From Terriglobia bacterium (lineage in GTDB: Bacteria; Acidobacteriota; Terriglobia; 2-12-FULL-54-10): a stretch of 64,000 nucleotides of DNA. Location of the stretch: assembly GCA_965198025.1 (NCBI GenBank), contig OZ240237.1, positions 1,237,054 through 1,301,053 on the forward strand. Direction: 5' to 3'. Numbering within the stretch: the first letter of the stretch is position 1; the number at the start of each line of letters is the position of its first letter. This document shows positions 34,550 to 42,895 of this stretch, piece after piece. The position numbers and the translations under genes are program-made. The notes under the pieces were generated by a model. The model did no database searches and was not told where the DNA came from. It saw only the letters and a program-made list of their open reading frames with translations.

Positions 34550-36079
34550 ATGCGAAACAAGGCAGGAGTCTTCTTTTTTGTGCTGGCATGGATGGCTGGA
34601 ACGGCAGCGGCGCAGGATGCCAGAAGTTTTTTGCAAACCGCGGACAGGGCGATGGGAGCGAGCGCCGTGCAATCGGTGGAGTATTCCGGAACCGGATGGA
34701 TGTCCGCCGTAGGACAGAGTTTCGCCGCTGACGGCGACTGGCCGCGGTTCGAATTGCAGAGCTATACCACCACGATTGACTACGGCAGCCGGTCCTCGAA
34801 AGAGGAATATGTCCGGGTGCAGGGAAACTACCCGCCGCGCGGGGGAGGTGGAACGCCGCTCCGGGGAGAGTCGCGCAGCATGAACTACATCAGCGGGGAT
34901 TATGCCTGGAGAATGCAGGGGAACAATACACAACCGCGACCAGGCGATGCCGAGTTGGGACAGTTCATGATCTGGGTGAGCCCGCACGGCTTTGTGAAAG
35001 CTGCCATCGAGTCCGGAGATGCGACGCTGGTCGACCGGCACATGGCCGCAGAGAAACGGACGCTGAAAGTGGTTGGGTTTACGACCATGGGAAACTACCG
35101 AGTGACAGGCGAGTTCAATGACCAGAACCTGCTGGAGCGGGTGGTGACGTGGATTCCCGACCGCGTGATGGGAGACATGCAGATGGAGATCCGGTACAGC
35201 GACTACCGGGACGTGGGGAGCGGCGCGAAGTTTCCGTTCCGGATTCACGCCCATCGGGGAGACCACCCGCTGTTGCCGGTGAGCACCGGGCGGAATTGGA
35301 TGGATCTGCGGATCCGGAACGCGAGCGTGAACGTGGCCAACGCAGCAGTGACGGTTCCCGACAACGTCCGCAACGCCGCAGCACCGCAGATGCGCGTGAC
35401 GGCCGAACAGATCGCGGACGGAGTGTGGCTGATGGGCGGTGGTTCGCACAACAGCATAGCGGTCGAGTTCCGGGATTTCATCGCGGTGATCGAAGGCCCG
35501 CTGAACGACGGGCGGTCGAACGCCGTGATCGCAGAGATCAAGAGAACGATTCCGAACAAGCCGATCCGCTATCTGGTGAACACACACCACCACTTCGATC
35601 ACCTGGGCGGTGTGCGAACCTACGCGGCGGAAGGCGCGACAATCGTGACGCACGAACGGAACCGGGAGCTTTACGAGCGCGTCGTGCTAGCCCCGCAGGT
35701 GAGAACGTTGATGCCGGACCGGCTGTCTCTCTTCCCATTTGCGACTACCGGGCCGGGGCCGCGCATGTTGGAAACCTTCACGGAGCAGCACGCGATCAGC
35801 GACGGGCAGCGCGTCCTGATGACCTACCTGGTGCAGGACCTCGATCACAACGAGAACATGCTGATCGCGTATCTGCCGCAGGAAAGGATCCTGGTGAACG
35901 CGGACCTGTGGTCGCCGCGGCCGCAGCCGCCGGCCAATGTGAGCCAAAGCGCCATTGTCCTCTACAACAACATCAGGCGGCTGAACCTGAATGTGGACCG
36001 GATCGCGGGGGTTCACGGAGGCGTGGGAAGCATGGCGGACTTTGAGCGGGTCGTAGGACCCGCGGCCGCAGGAGAGTAA
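34550..36079 (+). CDS. Secreted MBL-fold metallo-hydrolase with ~290-aa N-terminal extension (paralogue 1)
   Basis: Signal peptide, then the metal motif VNTHHHFDHLGGVRTY. Collinear similarity to 36218..37726 along the whole length. Confidence 0.8.
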   Translation: MRNKAGVFFFVLAWMAGTAAAQDARSFLQTADRAMGASAVQSVEYSGTGWMSAVGQSFAADGDWPRFELQSYTTTIDYGSRSSKEEYVRVQGNYPPRGGGGTPLRGESRSMNYISGDYAWRMQGNNTQPRPGDAELGQFMIWVSPHGFVKAAIESGDATLVDRHMAAEKRTLKVVGFTTMGNYRVTGEFNDQNLLERVVTWIPDRVMGDMQMEIRYSDYRDVGSGAKFPFRIHAHRGDHPLLPVSTGRNWMDLRIRNASVNVANAAVTVPDNVRNAAAPQMRVTAEQIADGVWLMGGGSHNSIAVEFRDFIAVIEGPLNDGRSNAVIAEIKRTIPNKPIRYLVNTHHHFDHLGGVRTYAAEGATIVTHERNRELYERVVLAPQVRTLMPDRLSLFPFATTGPGPRMLETFTEQHAISDGQRVLMTYLVQDLDHNENMLIAYLPQERILVNADLWSPRPQPPANVSQSAIVLYNNIRRLNLNVDRIAGVHGGVGSMADFERVVGPAAAGE

Positions 36080-36217
36080 TCCGGAAAGGCCGGAGGCGGA
36101 TAGACGATTCAAAGAGCAGAGAACGCCGGCCGCAGCGGAGGCGGAAAACCGCCGCTGCTGCCGTGGCAGAATGATTTTGTTCCCATTCAAACAGAGAAGT
36201 GGGGCGGAGGTGGAATC

Positions 36218-37726
36218 ATGGGAAGGCGAGTTGTGTTTCTGATTGCGATCATGGCGCTGGCGGGCGGAACGTCGGCAGCGCAGCAGGACGCCCGCAGCGT
36301 GGTGGAAGCGGCGGCGGCGGCGATGGGCGTGACGAACATGACGTCGGTTCAGTATTCCGGGACGGGCTGGCAGGGAGCATTGGGCCAGAACTTCACGCCG
36401 TCCACTGACTGGCCGCGGTTTGACCTGGCGGGTTATACGCGGACCATTGACTTCGAAACGCACTCCTCGAAGGAAGAATACGTACGGCGGCAGGGGGACA
36501 ATATCGCGCGCGGCGGCGGAGGAACGCCGATCCGGGGCGAGCAAAACATTGAACGGATCGTGCGAGGCAACTACGCGTGGGAGGTGCGCAACGGCAGGAC
36601 AGTCCCGCGGCCACAGGATGCGGAGCTGCGGCAACTGGAAATTTGGCTGACCCCGCACGGTTTCCTGAAAGCAGCGATGGCGGAAAACGCCACAGCCGTC
36701 AGGCGATGGGAGTACGACCAGTGGGTTACCGTCGTGTCCTTTACGGCGCTGGGGAAGTACCGGGTGAACGGGACGATCAATGCGGATAACGTGTTGCAGC
36801 GCGTGCAAACTTGGATTCCGAATCCGGTGGCCGGAGACCTGTATTACGAGACCGTGTTCAGCCAGTACCGGGAGATCAACGGAGTGATGTTTCCCGGGCG
36901 GTGGCACCAGCACCAGGACTATGACGACGGCTCGTGGCGGGGGAACGTCAGCGCAGGAGACCATGCGTTCGGGCTGGAGACGATCACGGATGTGCAGTTC
37001 AACGTGGCCGTCGAGGCGCCGACCGTTCCCGACGAGGTGCGGCAGGCAATGATGGGGCCCGTGCGCGTCGAGTCGGAACGGCTGGCCGACGGGGTGTGGC
37101 TGCTGGGCGGAGGCTCGCACCACAGCGTGCTGGTCGAGTTCCAGGATTCGTTGGCGGTGATCGAGGCGCCTCTAAATGAAGCGCGGTCCCTCGCGGTGAT
37201 TGAGGAGGTGTATCAACTCGTCCCGAACAAGCCGATCCTGTACGTCGTGAACTCGCATCATCACTGGGACCACTTGGGGGGAATCCGCACGTACCGACAC
37301 GAGGGCGCCACCGTCGTTCTGAACGAGAGGAACCGTGAGTTCTTTGAAGAGGTTCTGACTGCGGGGCCGCGGCTGCTGATGCCGGACCGTTATTCGTTCT
37401 CTCCTCCGGAAGAGTGGGCCGAAGGCTATACGTTCGAGACGGTGTGGGAGAAATTTGTCCTGGGCGATGAGAGCCGGACGGTTGAACTCTACAACGTTCA
37501 GGGACTGCAACATGCCGAGGGGATGTTGATCGCGTATCTCCCGAAAGAGAAAATCGTGGTGCAGGCGGATCTCTATAACTCGAACGCGACGACTCCAAAC
37601 GCCAGCAACCGGACGTTCTACGAGAACCTGCAGCGCCTGCAGCTCGACGTGGAGACGATTGTGGGAATTCACGGTCGTCCGGGGCCGATGTCGGGACTCG
37701 AGCAGCTGGTGAGCCGGGGGCAGTAA
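36218..37726 (+). CDS. Secreted MBL-fold metallo-hydrolase with ~290-aa N-terminal extension (paralogue 2)
   Basis: VNSHHHWDHLGGIRTY. Shared blocks with paralogue 1 include SVQYSGTGW, DWPRF, SSKEEYVR, GGGGTP and WxxPHGFxKAA. Confidence 0.8.
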   Translation: MGRRVVFLIAIMALAGGTSAAQQDARSVVEAAAAAMGVTNMTSVQYSGTGWQGALGQNFTPSTDWPRFDLAGYTRTIDFETHSSKEEYVRRQGDNIARGGGGTPIRGEQNIERIVRGNYAWEVRNGRTVPRPQDAELRQLEIWLTPHGFLKAAMAENATAVRRWEYDQWVTVVSFTALGKYRVNGTINADNVLQRVQTWIPNPVAGDLYYETVFSQYREINGVMFPGRWHQHQDYDDGSWRGNVSAGDHAFGLETITDVQFNVAVEAPTVPDEVRQAMMGPVRVESERLADGVWLLGGGSHHSVLVEFQDSLAVIEAPLNEARSLAVIEEVYQLVPNKPILYVVNSHHHWDHLGGIRTYRHEGATVVLNERNREFFEEVLTAGPRLLMPDRYSFSPPEEWAEGYTFETVWEKFVLGDESRTVELYNVQGLQHAEGMLIAYLPKEKIVVQADLYNSNATTPNASNRTFYENLQRLQLDVETIVGIHGRPGPMSGLEQLVSRGQ

Positions 37727-37804
37727 GAGCAGCAAATAGCTGGAGTTTGCAGCCGTTGTTGGATGCGGACGGCGAAGGGAATCTTGTGGTTGGTTCCGCC
37801 GGAT

Positions 37805-37832
37805 TTGGCGCGGGCGCGGAATCTGGTATACT
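37805..37832 (+). promoter_or_regulatory. Candidate sigma70 promoter for rpmB
   Basis: TTGGCG, 16-nt spacer, TATACT, 37 nt upstream of the rpmB ATG. Confidence 0.4.
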
Positions 37833-37868
37833 GCATTATTAACTTCATAGAAGCAAGGGACTTACTCG

Positions 37869-38057
37869 ATGGCAAGACGATGTGAGATATGCGGCAAGGG
37901 GCCGCGCACGGGAAACAGCATCAGCCACGCGCATAACGTTACGCGCCGACGCTGGAATGTGAATCTGCACCGGGTGCGTGCAGTCGTGAAGGGCGGGCAT
38001 GTGCGGATCGTGGTCTGTGCATCGTGCATCCGCGCGGGACGAGTGACCAAGCCCTGA
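37869..38057 (+). CDS. rpmB: 50S ribosomal protein L28
   Basis: MARRCEICGKGPRTGNSISHAHNVTRRRWNVNLHRVRAVV... is the conserved L28 sequence pattern and size (62 aa). Confidence 0.95.
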   Translation: MARRCEICGKGPRTGNSISHAHNVTRRRWNVNLHRVRAVVKGGHVRIVVCASCIRAGRVTKP

Positions 38058-38092
38058 ATACGCCAACAACAAATCCCAGGAGGATAGAAGCT

Positions 38093-39487
38093 ATGGCAAC
38101 TGCTCATCGCGGGCGCGCCAAGAGCGTCCTTTCGGCCGTCTTATTATTCGGGGCGCTGTGCGCCATCGCAGGGTGGGGTGTTTTCTCCGGGGACCGCAGC
38201 TCCGAATCGGATCGCGCTGGGGCGCATGCCGGACGGAAAGCGACCGGCTACCCGCAGTTGGTTTCCGTTCAACCGCTCCCGGAACTCGAAACTACAGGGG
38301 AGATGTGCGAGTGGATGCCGGCGAGCAGCCCGGCTGGGCTGGCCCTTGCGCTGCAGCAAGGCGGGCCGGGAGATACGTCCGAGGAGCGCAACATATCGCT
38401 CGACCGGCCTCCGCTGCGGGTGATCCGCGATCTTCACCCAACGTTCAGTGCCGTGGCGGTTGATCCAACGAACGACGAGATCGTTATCCAGGACGAGAAC
38501 CTGTTTCAGATCATGGTGTACGACCGGATGACGGATACACCGCCCCAAGCTGCCTTTTCGGAGCCCAAGCGGGTGATCGGCGGGCATGAAACGAAGGTGG
38601 AGTTCAATTGCGGCCTCTACATCGATCCACAGAACGGCGACATTTACTCGGTCAACAACGATACCATTGACACGCTCACGATTTTTTCTCGGGACGTCAG
38701 CGGCAACACACATCCGACCCGGGAACTAGAGACCCCGCACCGGACGTACGGAATCGCCGTGGATGAGGCCAGCGAGGAGCTGTTCCTGACGGTGCAACAC
38801 CCGCCGATGGTGGTGGTGTACGAGAAATTCGCCGAAGGAAGCGACCAGCCGCTGCGGGTGCTGCGCGGGAACCGGACAGGCCTGGAGGACGCGCACGGAA
38901 TGGGGGTCGACACCAAGAACGGCTGGATGTTCGTGGCCAATTACGGCAACGCAGCATCGTATGATGACGGGGGCGGAAATTCTCTAGCGGGACGGGGCGG
39001 GGCGCGGATCCTGCCCGGGAGCGGACGCTACACGCCACCTTCGATCACAGTCTATCCCATCAAGGCCAGCGGCGACACGCCACCGTTGCGTGTCATCCAG
39101 GGGCCGAACACGCAACTGAACTGGCCCGCGCACATCTACGTGGATGAAGAGCATGGGGAAGTGTTCGTGGCCAACGACGGAACGAACTCGATCCTGGTCT
39201 TCCGCGTCACCGACAACGGCGACGTCGCCCCGACGCGCGTGCTGGGAGGACCCAAGACGCAGATCCGGAACCCTACGGGCATCTACGTGGACACGGCCAA
39301 CGACGAAATCGTGGTGGCCAACATGGGCAACCACCGCGCGACGGTTTACTCTCGGACGGCCGAAGGCGATACGCCGCCGCTGCGGGTGATCCGAGCCGCG
39401 CCCGACGAGACGCCGGCGCTGCAGATCGGCAACCCGGGCGCAGTGGCGTATGACACCAAACGGGATGAGATTCTGGTTCCCAACTGA
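38093..39487 (+). CDS. Membrane-anchored beta-propeller repeat protein, part 1 (ends at an in-frame TGA)
   Basis: AGGAGG precedes the ATG at 38093. N-terminal anchor SVLSAVLLFGALCAIAGWGVF. Repeated blades of the form D(T)PPLRVIxGxxTxLxxPxxIxVDxxxDEIxVAN. Confidence 0.8.
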   Translation: MATAHRGRAKSVLSAVLLFGALCAIAGWGVFSGDRSSESDRAGAHAGRKATGYPQLVSVQPLPELETTGEMCEWMPASSPAGLALALQQGGPGDTSEERNISLDRPPLRVIRDLHPTFSAVAVDPTNDEIVIQDENLFQIMVYDRMTDTPPQAAFSEPKRVIGGHETKVEFNCGLYIDPQNGDIYSVNNDTIDTLTIFSRDVSGNTHPTRELETPHRTYGIAVDEASEELFLTVQHPPMVVVYEKFAEGSDQPLRVLRGNRTGLEDAHGMGVDTKNGWMFVANYGNAASYDDGGGNSLAGRGGARILPGSGRYTPPSITVYPIKASGDTPPLRVIQGPNTQLNWPAHIYVDEEHGEVFVANDGTNSILVFRVTDNGDVAPTRVLGGPKTQIRNPTGIYVDTANDEIVVANMGNHRATVYSRTAEGDTPPLRVIRAAPDETPALQIGNPGAVAYDTKRDEILVPN

Positions 39488-40339
39488 GTGGCTCACCCGC
39501 AGATTGCGACCTTCGCCAGGCTGGCGGAGGAAGGAGACGGGCCACGCAGGATGATCTTCGGCCAGGCCACCCGACTCAGCCGTACCATGCACGACATCCG
39601 CTATAACGAGGCTCGCGACGAGTTCTACGTTGGCAATCCCTTCGCGCAGGCCCTCCTGACGTTCCGCGGCGACGCCGACGGAGAGGAGGCCCCGATCCGG
39701 ACGATCCAAGGCCCCAAGACGATGCTGGAATCCGTGGATACTCTCGAAGTCGACGCCGTGAACAATGAAATCTACATGCCGCAGGGGAATGTCATCTTGG
39801 TCTTCCCCTTGGACGCGGACGGCGACGTAGCCCCTTCGCGGATCATTCGCGGGGGCGACGAGATGGGCTGGCGTCCCGGGAGCGGCATCGCCGTGGACCC
39901 CATCCACGACGTGGTGGTTACCGACGGGACGCTGCTGGGAGACGACGTCGAATGGCACACACCGTACCGCCGGGGCAGAGAATCCATCCTGATTTTCGAG
40001 CGCACAGCGAACGGCGAGACCAAGCCGCTGCGCGTGATCCGCGGCCCAAACACCGGCATTCACGGAATCCGGCAGATGCAGATCCAGCCGGAGGGCGGGT
40101 GGATCATTGTCGCTCAGATTACCGACGGCGGCATTCCGGAGCCCGAGGGAACCTTCGTGGGCGTCTGGAGCATTTACGATGAAGGCGACGTGCCGCCGCG
40201 CTGGAAGATCGAAAGCAAGCCCAGCAACGTAATGAAGAAGCCGCGCGGGGTCACCCTGAATCCCAAGCACAAAGAGGTGATTGTCTCCGACATGCGGTTG
40301 AATGCCGTCTTGACGTTCTATTTCCCGGAGATTTTCTAG
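39488..40339 (+). CDS. Beta-propeller repeat protein, part 2 (same frame as part 1, begins directly after the TGA)
   Basis: 38093 and 39488 are in the same reading frame. The same blade pattern continues (APIRTIQGPKTMLESVDTLEVDAVNNEIYMP; VAPSRIIRGGDEMGWRPGSGIAVDPIHDVVV). No Shine-Dalgarno sequence precedes the GTG at 39488. Confidence 0.75.
   Translation: MAHPQIATFARLAEEGDGPRRMIFGQATRLSRTMHDIRYNEARDEFYVGNPFAQALLTFRGDADGEEAPIRTIQGPKTMLESVDTLEVDAVNNEIYMPQGNVILVFPLDADGDVAPSRIIRGGDEMGWRPGSGIAVDPIHDVVVTDGTLLGDDVEWHTPYRRGRESILIFERTANGETKPLRVIRGPNTGIHGIRQMQIQPEGGWIIVAQITDGGIPEPEGTFVGVWSIYDEGDVPPRWKIESKPSNVMKKPRGVTLNPKHKEVIVSDMRLNAVLTFYFPEIF
39510..39530 (+). other. 9-bp-stem hairpin 23 nt downstream of the in-frame TGA (candidate SECIS-like or readthrough element)
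   Basis: CCTTCGCCA-GGC-TGGCGGAGG with eight Watson-Crick pairs plus one G-U. G residues in the apical loop lie about 32 nt after the TGA. Confidence 0.3.
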
Positions 40340-40401
40340 CTTTTGCTTGTGAGGTCATACCAGGAATAGGTTCGAGGACGGCAATAGGGGGCGGAGACCG
40401 T

Positions 40402-42690
40402 TCACCGGTCCAGCGAGAACGTCATCTTGAAAATCAGCGCGCGGTCGAGGAACTGCTCGACGTCGCCGTAGGAGCGGGCTTCGTTGTAGACAAAGAAAAT
40501 GTCGTCGCCCGGGCGGAAGATATAATTCAGCCGGAAATTGACGGCATAGAGATAATCCTGACTGTTGACCAGGAAGGTGGTTCGCGTCAGCCACTGGTGG
40601 TTGAAGGAATAATTCACCACCGTGTTCATTTCCTGGGTGGTGAAGGTCTCGTTGGGCAATGTGATCTTGTTCCACTCATAGCTTGGCTCGAAGGAAAGAT
40701 TCGCCGTGGGCTTGATCTGCGGGGAGACTTGGATTCCCCTTCGCGAGCCGTCAAAGAACTCTCCCCAACGCAAGTTCAGGCCTCCGGAAATCGCCCGCCC
40801 GCGGAAGGCCTGGGAGCGGATATAGTACTCTTCAAAAGCATAGTCGCCCGCCGGAATGGTACCGCCCTGGCGGATGCGAAAGGGGCGAACCAGCCGCTCG
40901 AAATTCCGCGTGTAGCTGAACTGGAATTGCTCGCCTGATTCGAAATTGGCAGCCCACTCGAAATCCTGGACACGCGTCTCGAGCAGGCCATCCTGGTTGG
41001 CCAGGTGTTCGACAAAGGCGCCGATCTCGAGCTGCCGCACGCCGGGAATGGGAGGCCGGGGCTTGTACACCGCTCCGCCCGTAGACTTCTTGAGGCCACG
41101 CCAATCGGGTTCCGCGCGGGCTACAAACCCCATCTGGGGTTCGAAGCTTTCCTGAATGTCGAGGCGCTCCAGGAGAAACTGGAAGCGGTCGCTGTCCCAT
41201 TCGACCCGATTGAGGCCTGCCCATTCTCCAGCGCCGACTTCGTGCGAACTGCTCTTTACCAGGAATCCCTGGACGTTCAAATTCTGCAGAAATGTGAAAT
41301 TGGCGTCGAGGCCGCTGACCCAGTTTTCGTCCAGCGTTCCGTTCGACGTGTTGCGAGTGAAAATGGCGCCCACATAAGAGCGTTCGAGCAGATTCCCTTT
41401 CGCCCGCAAGACAGTGAAGTTCTGCCCGTGAATGTCGCCCTCCCGGCCCGTTTGCATGTTCAGCGCGCCCAGATCAAAGGGGCCCTGCTTGCCGGTCAGC
41501 TTCAGGCCGGCGCGGATCGGAATCTCCTCCCGGTTGTCCGACAGCCCGATGCGGCGGCTATGAAACACCAGCAACTGGGGGTCCTGCCACGGTTGCGGCG
41601 GGCGGGCGCCGAACTGAAAGATGCCGGAACCTTCCTGGAAAAACTCCCGCCGCTCGGGGAAGAACAGATTGAAACGCGTCAGGTTGACCTGCGCTTCGTC
41701 CACATCGGCCTGAGCGAAATCGGGGTTGACGGTGAGGTCGAGCGCCAGTTGCGGGGTGATCATGTACTTGACGTCCTCAATGCCTACGTCGTGCAAGTGG
41801 CGCGTTTCTTCAATCCCCCGCCGAATGCTCCGGCCGGTGCCGCTGGTGACGAACGGCTTGAAGCGAAATGTAAAGCCCTGAATCTCCGACAAGCCTTCGA
41901 GATGCCCCGCCTGCGAAACCTCTTCGAACTCGTAGCTGCGGTTGTGGGCGGTCCAGAAGACGTCCTCGTTTTTCCGTTTGATGGTACGGTGAAAATTCAC
42001 GCCCCAGAGGATCTCATCCGAGTCGCTGAAGCGAAGCGTCTTGAAAGGAATCGCGATTTCCGCGGTCCAGCCTTCTTGGGTAATCTGCGTTCGGGAGTCC
42101 CACTTTTCGTCCCAATTCTCGTTCATCGTCTGCCCTTCGTTGGTGACGGTGGCGTCATACTGGGTGCCGAGTGGGTTGATCCGGAAGAGATAGCCGTTGC
42201 GGTGGTCATGGAAGGTGTCCAGGATAATCTCGAACAAGTCGTCGTTCCGCAGTTCGTCGTCCCGGCGCAACTCGGTCGCGCGGATGCCGCCGGGATTGGA
42301 GTCGTAACAGATCACGCCGATGTAGAGCGTCTGGGAGTCGAACAGGATTCTGACTTCGGTACGCTCGGAGGCGGGAGCCCCTTCCTGCGGATCCTTCTGC
42401 AGAAATCCAGCGGCTGGTTCCGCCGCGAGCCAGCTTTCTTCGGTCAACAGGCCGTCGAGGTCCAGGGGAACGGAAACGCGGAATGCAGTCACGGCCGGAG
42501 AACCGTTCTGAATTGCCCCGGTTTGCGGCCGGCGATCCTGCGCCATCGCGGTACGAGGTGCGAGGCCCGCCAGGAGTAGAAACCCGAAGGCAAACCGTCT
42601 TAGGGCTGAAGCCGAGAGGTTCCATCGTCCAGGACGCGAAGCATCTGTGTATCTGTTACTCACCCGAGCAGGTTTCCAATCTTCTTCCAT
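40402..42690 (-). CDS. CBM9-like + DUF5916 outer-membrane-type protein
   Basis: Signal peptide, then ESWLAAEPAAGFLQKDPQEGAPASERTEVRILFDSQTLYIGVICYD (family-9 carbohydrate-binding-like), followed by a long beta-rich region ending in an aromatic residue pattern. Confidence 0.6.
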   Translation of the reverse strand: MEEDWKPARVSNRYTDASRPGRWNLSASALRRFAFGFLLLAGLAPRTAMAQDRRPQTGAIQNGSPAVTAFRVSVPLDLDGLLTEESWLAAEPAAGFLQKDPQEGAPASERTEVRILFDSQTLYIGVICYDSNPGGIRATELRRDDELRNDDLFEIILDTFHDHRNGYLFRINPLGTQYDATVTNEGQTMNENWDEKWDSRTQITQEGWTAEIAIPFKTLRFSDSDEILWGVNFHRTIKRKNEDVFWTAHNRSYEFEEVSQAGHLEGLSEIQGFTFRFKPFVTSGTGRSIRRGIEETRHLHDVGIEDVKYMITPQLALDLTVNPDFAQADVDEAQVNLTRFNLFFPERREFFQEGSGIFQFGARPPQPWQDPQLLVFHSRRIGLSDNREEIPIRAGLKLTGKQGPFDLGALNMQTGREGDIHGQNFTVLRAKGNLLERSYVGAIFTRNTSNGTLDENWVSGLDANFTFLQNLNVQGFLVKSSSHEVGAGEWAGLNRVEWDSDRFQFLLERLDIQESFEPQMGFVARAEPDWRGLKKSTGGAVYKPRPPIPGVRQLEIGAFVEHLANQDGLLETRVQDFEWAANFESGEQFQFSYTRNFERLVRPFRIRQGGTIPAGDYAFEEYYIRSQAFRGRAISGGLNLRWGEFFDGSRRGIQVSPQIKPTANLSFEPSYEWNKITLPNETFTTQEMNTVVNYSFNHQWLTRTTFLVNSQDYLYAVNFRLNYIFRPGDDIFFVYNEARSYGDVEQFLDRALIFKMTFSLDR

Positions 42691-42895
42691 GGGGGCGCCA
42701 GCGATACTTCCCAGCGAAGTAGAGCAACGAGGATACCGTTCATCAATCCATTGAATTCCAAGCGACTACTTCCTCGCACGAGTCCCCGGACGTGCAGCTT
42801 CTTCACACCAACCCGGGCGGATTCCTTACAGGATGGGCTGGGGAAGTAATCGCGACGGCGATTTCCGGCGAGCCGCCTGGAGCACCAAGTCCGGC

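Noticed and set aside
34538-37123. 371-aa and 478-aa minus-strand ORFs opposite the two MBL-fold genes
   Set aside because: Both lie exactly antisense to well-supported paralogous genes. They are His/Arg/Pro-rich with no motifs.
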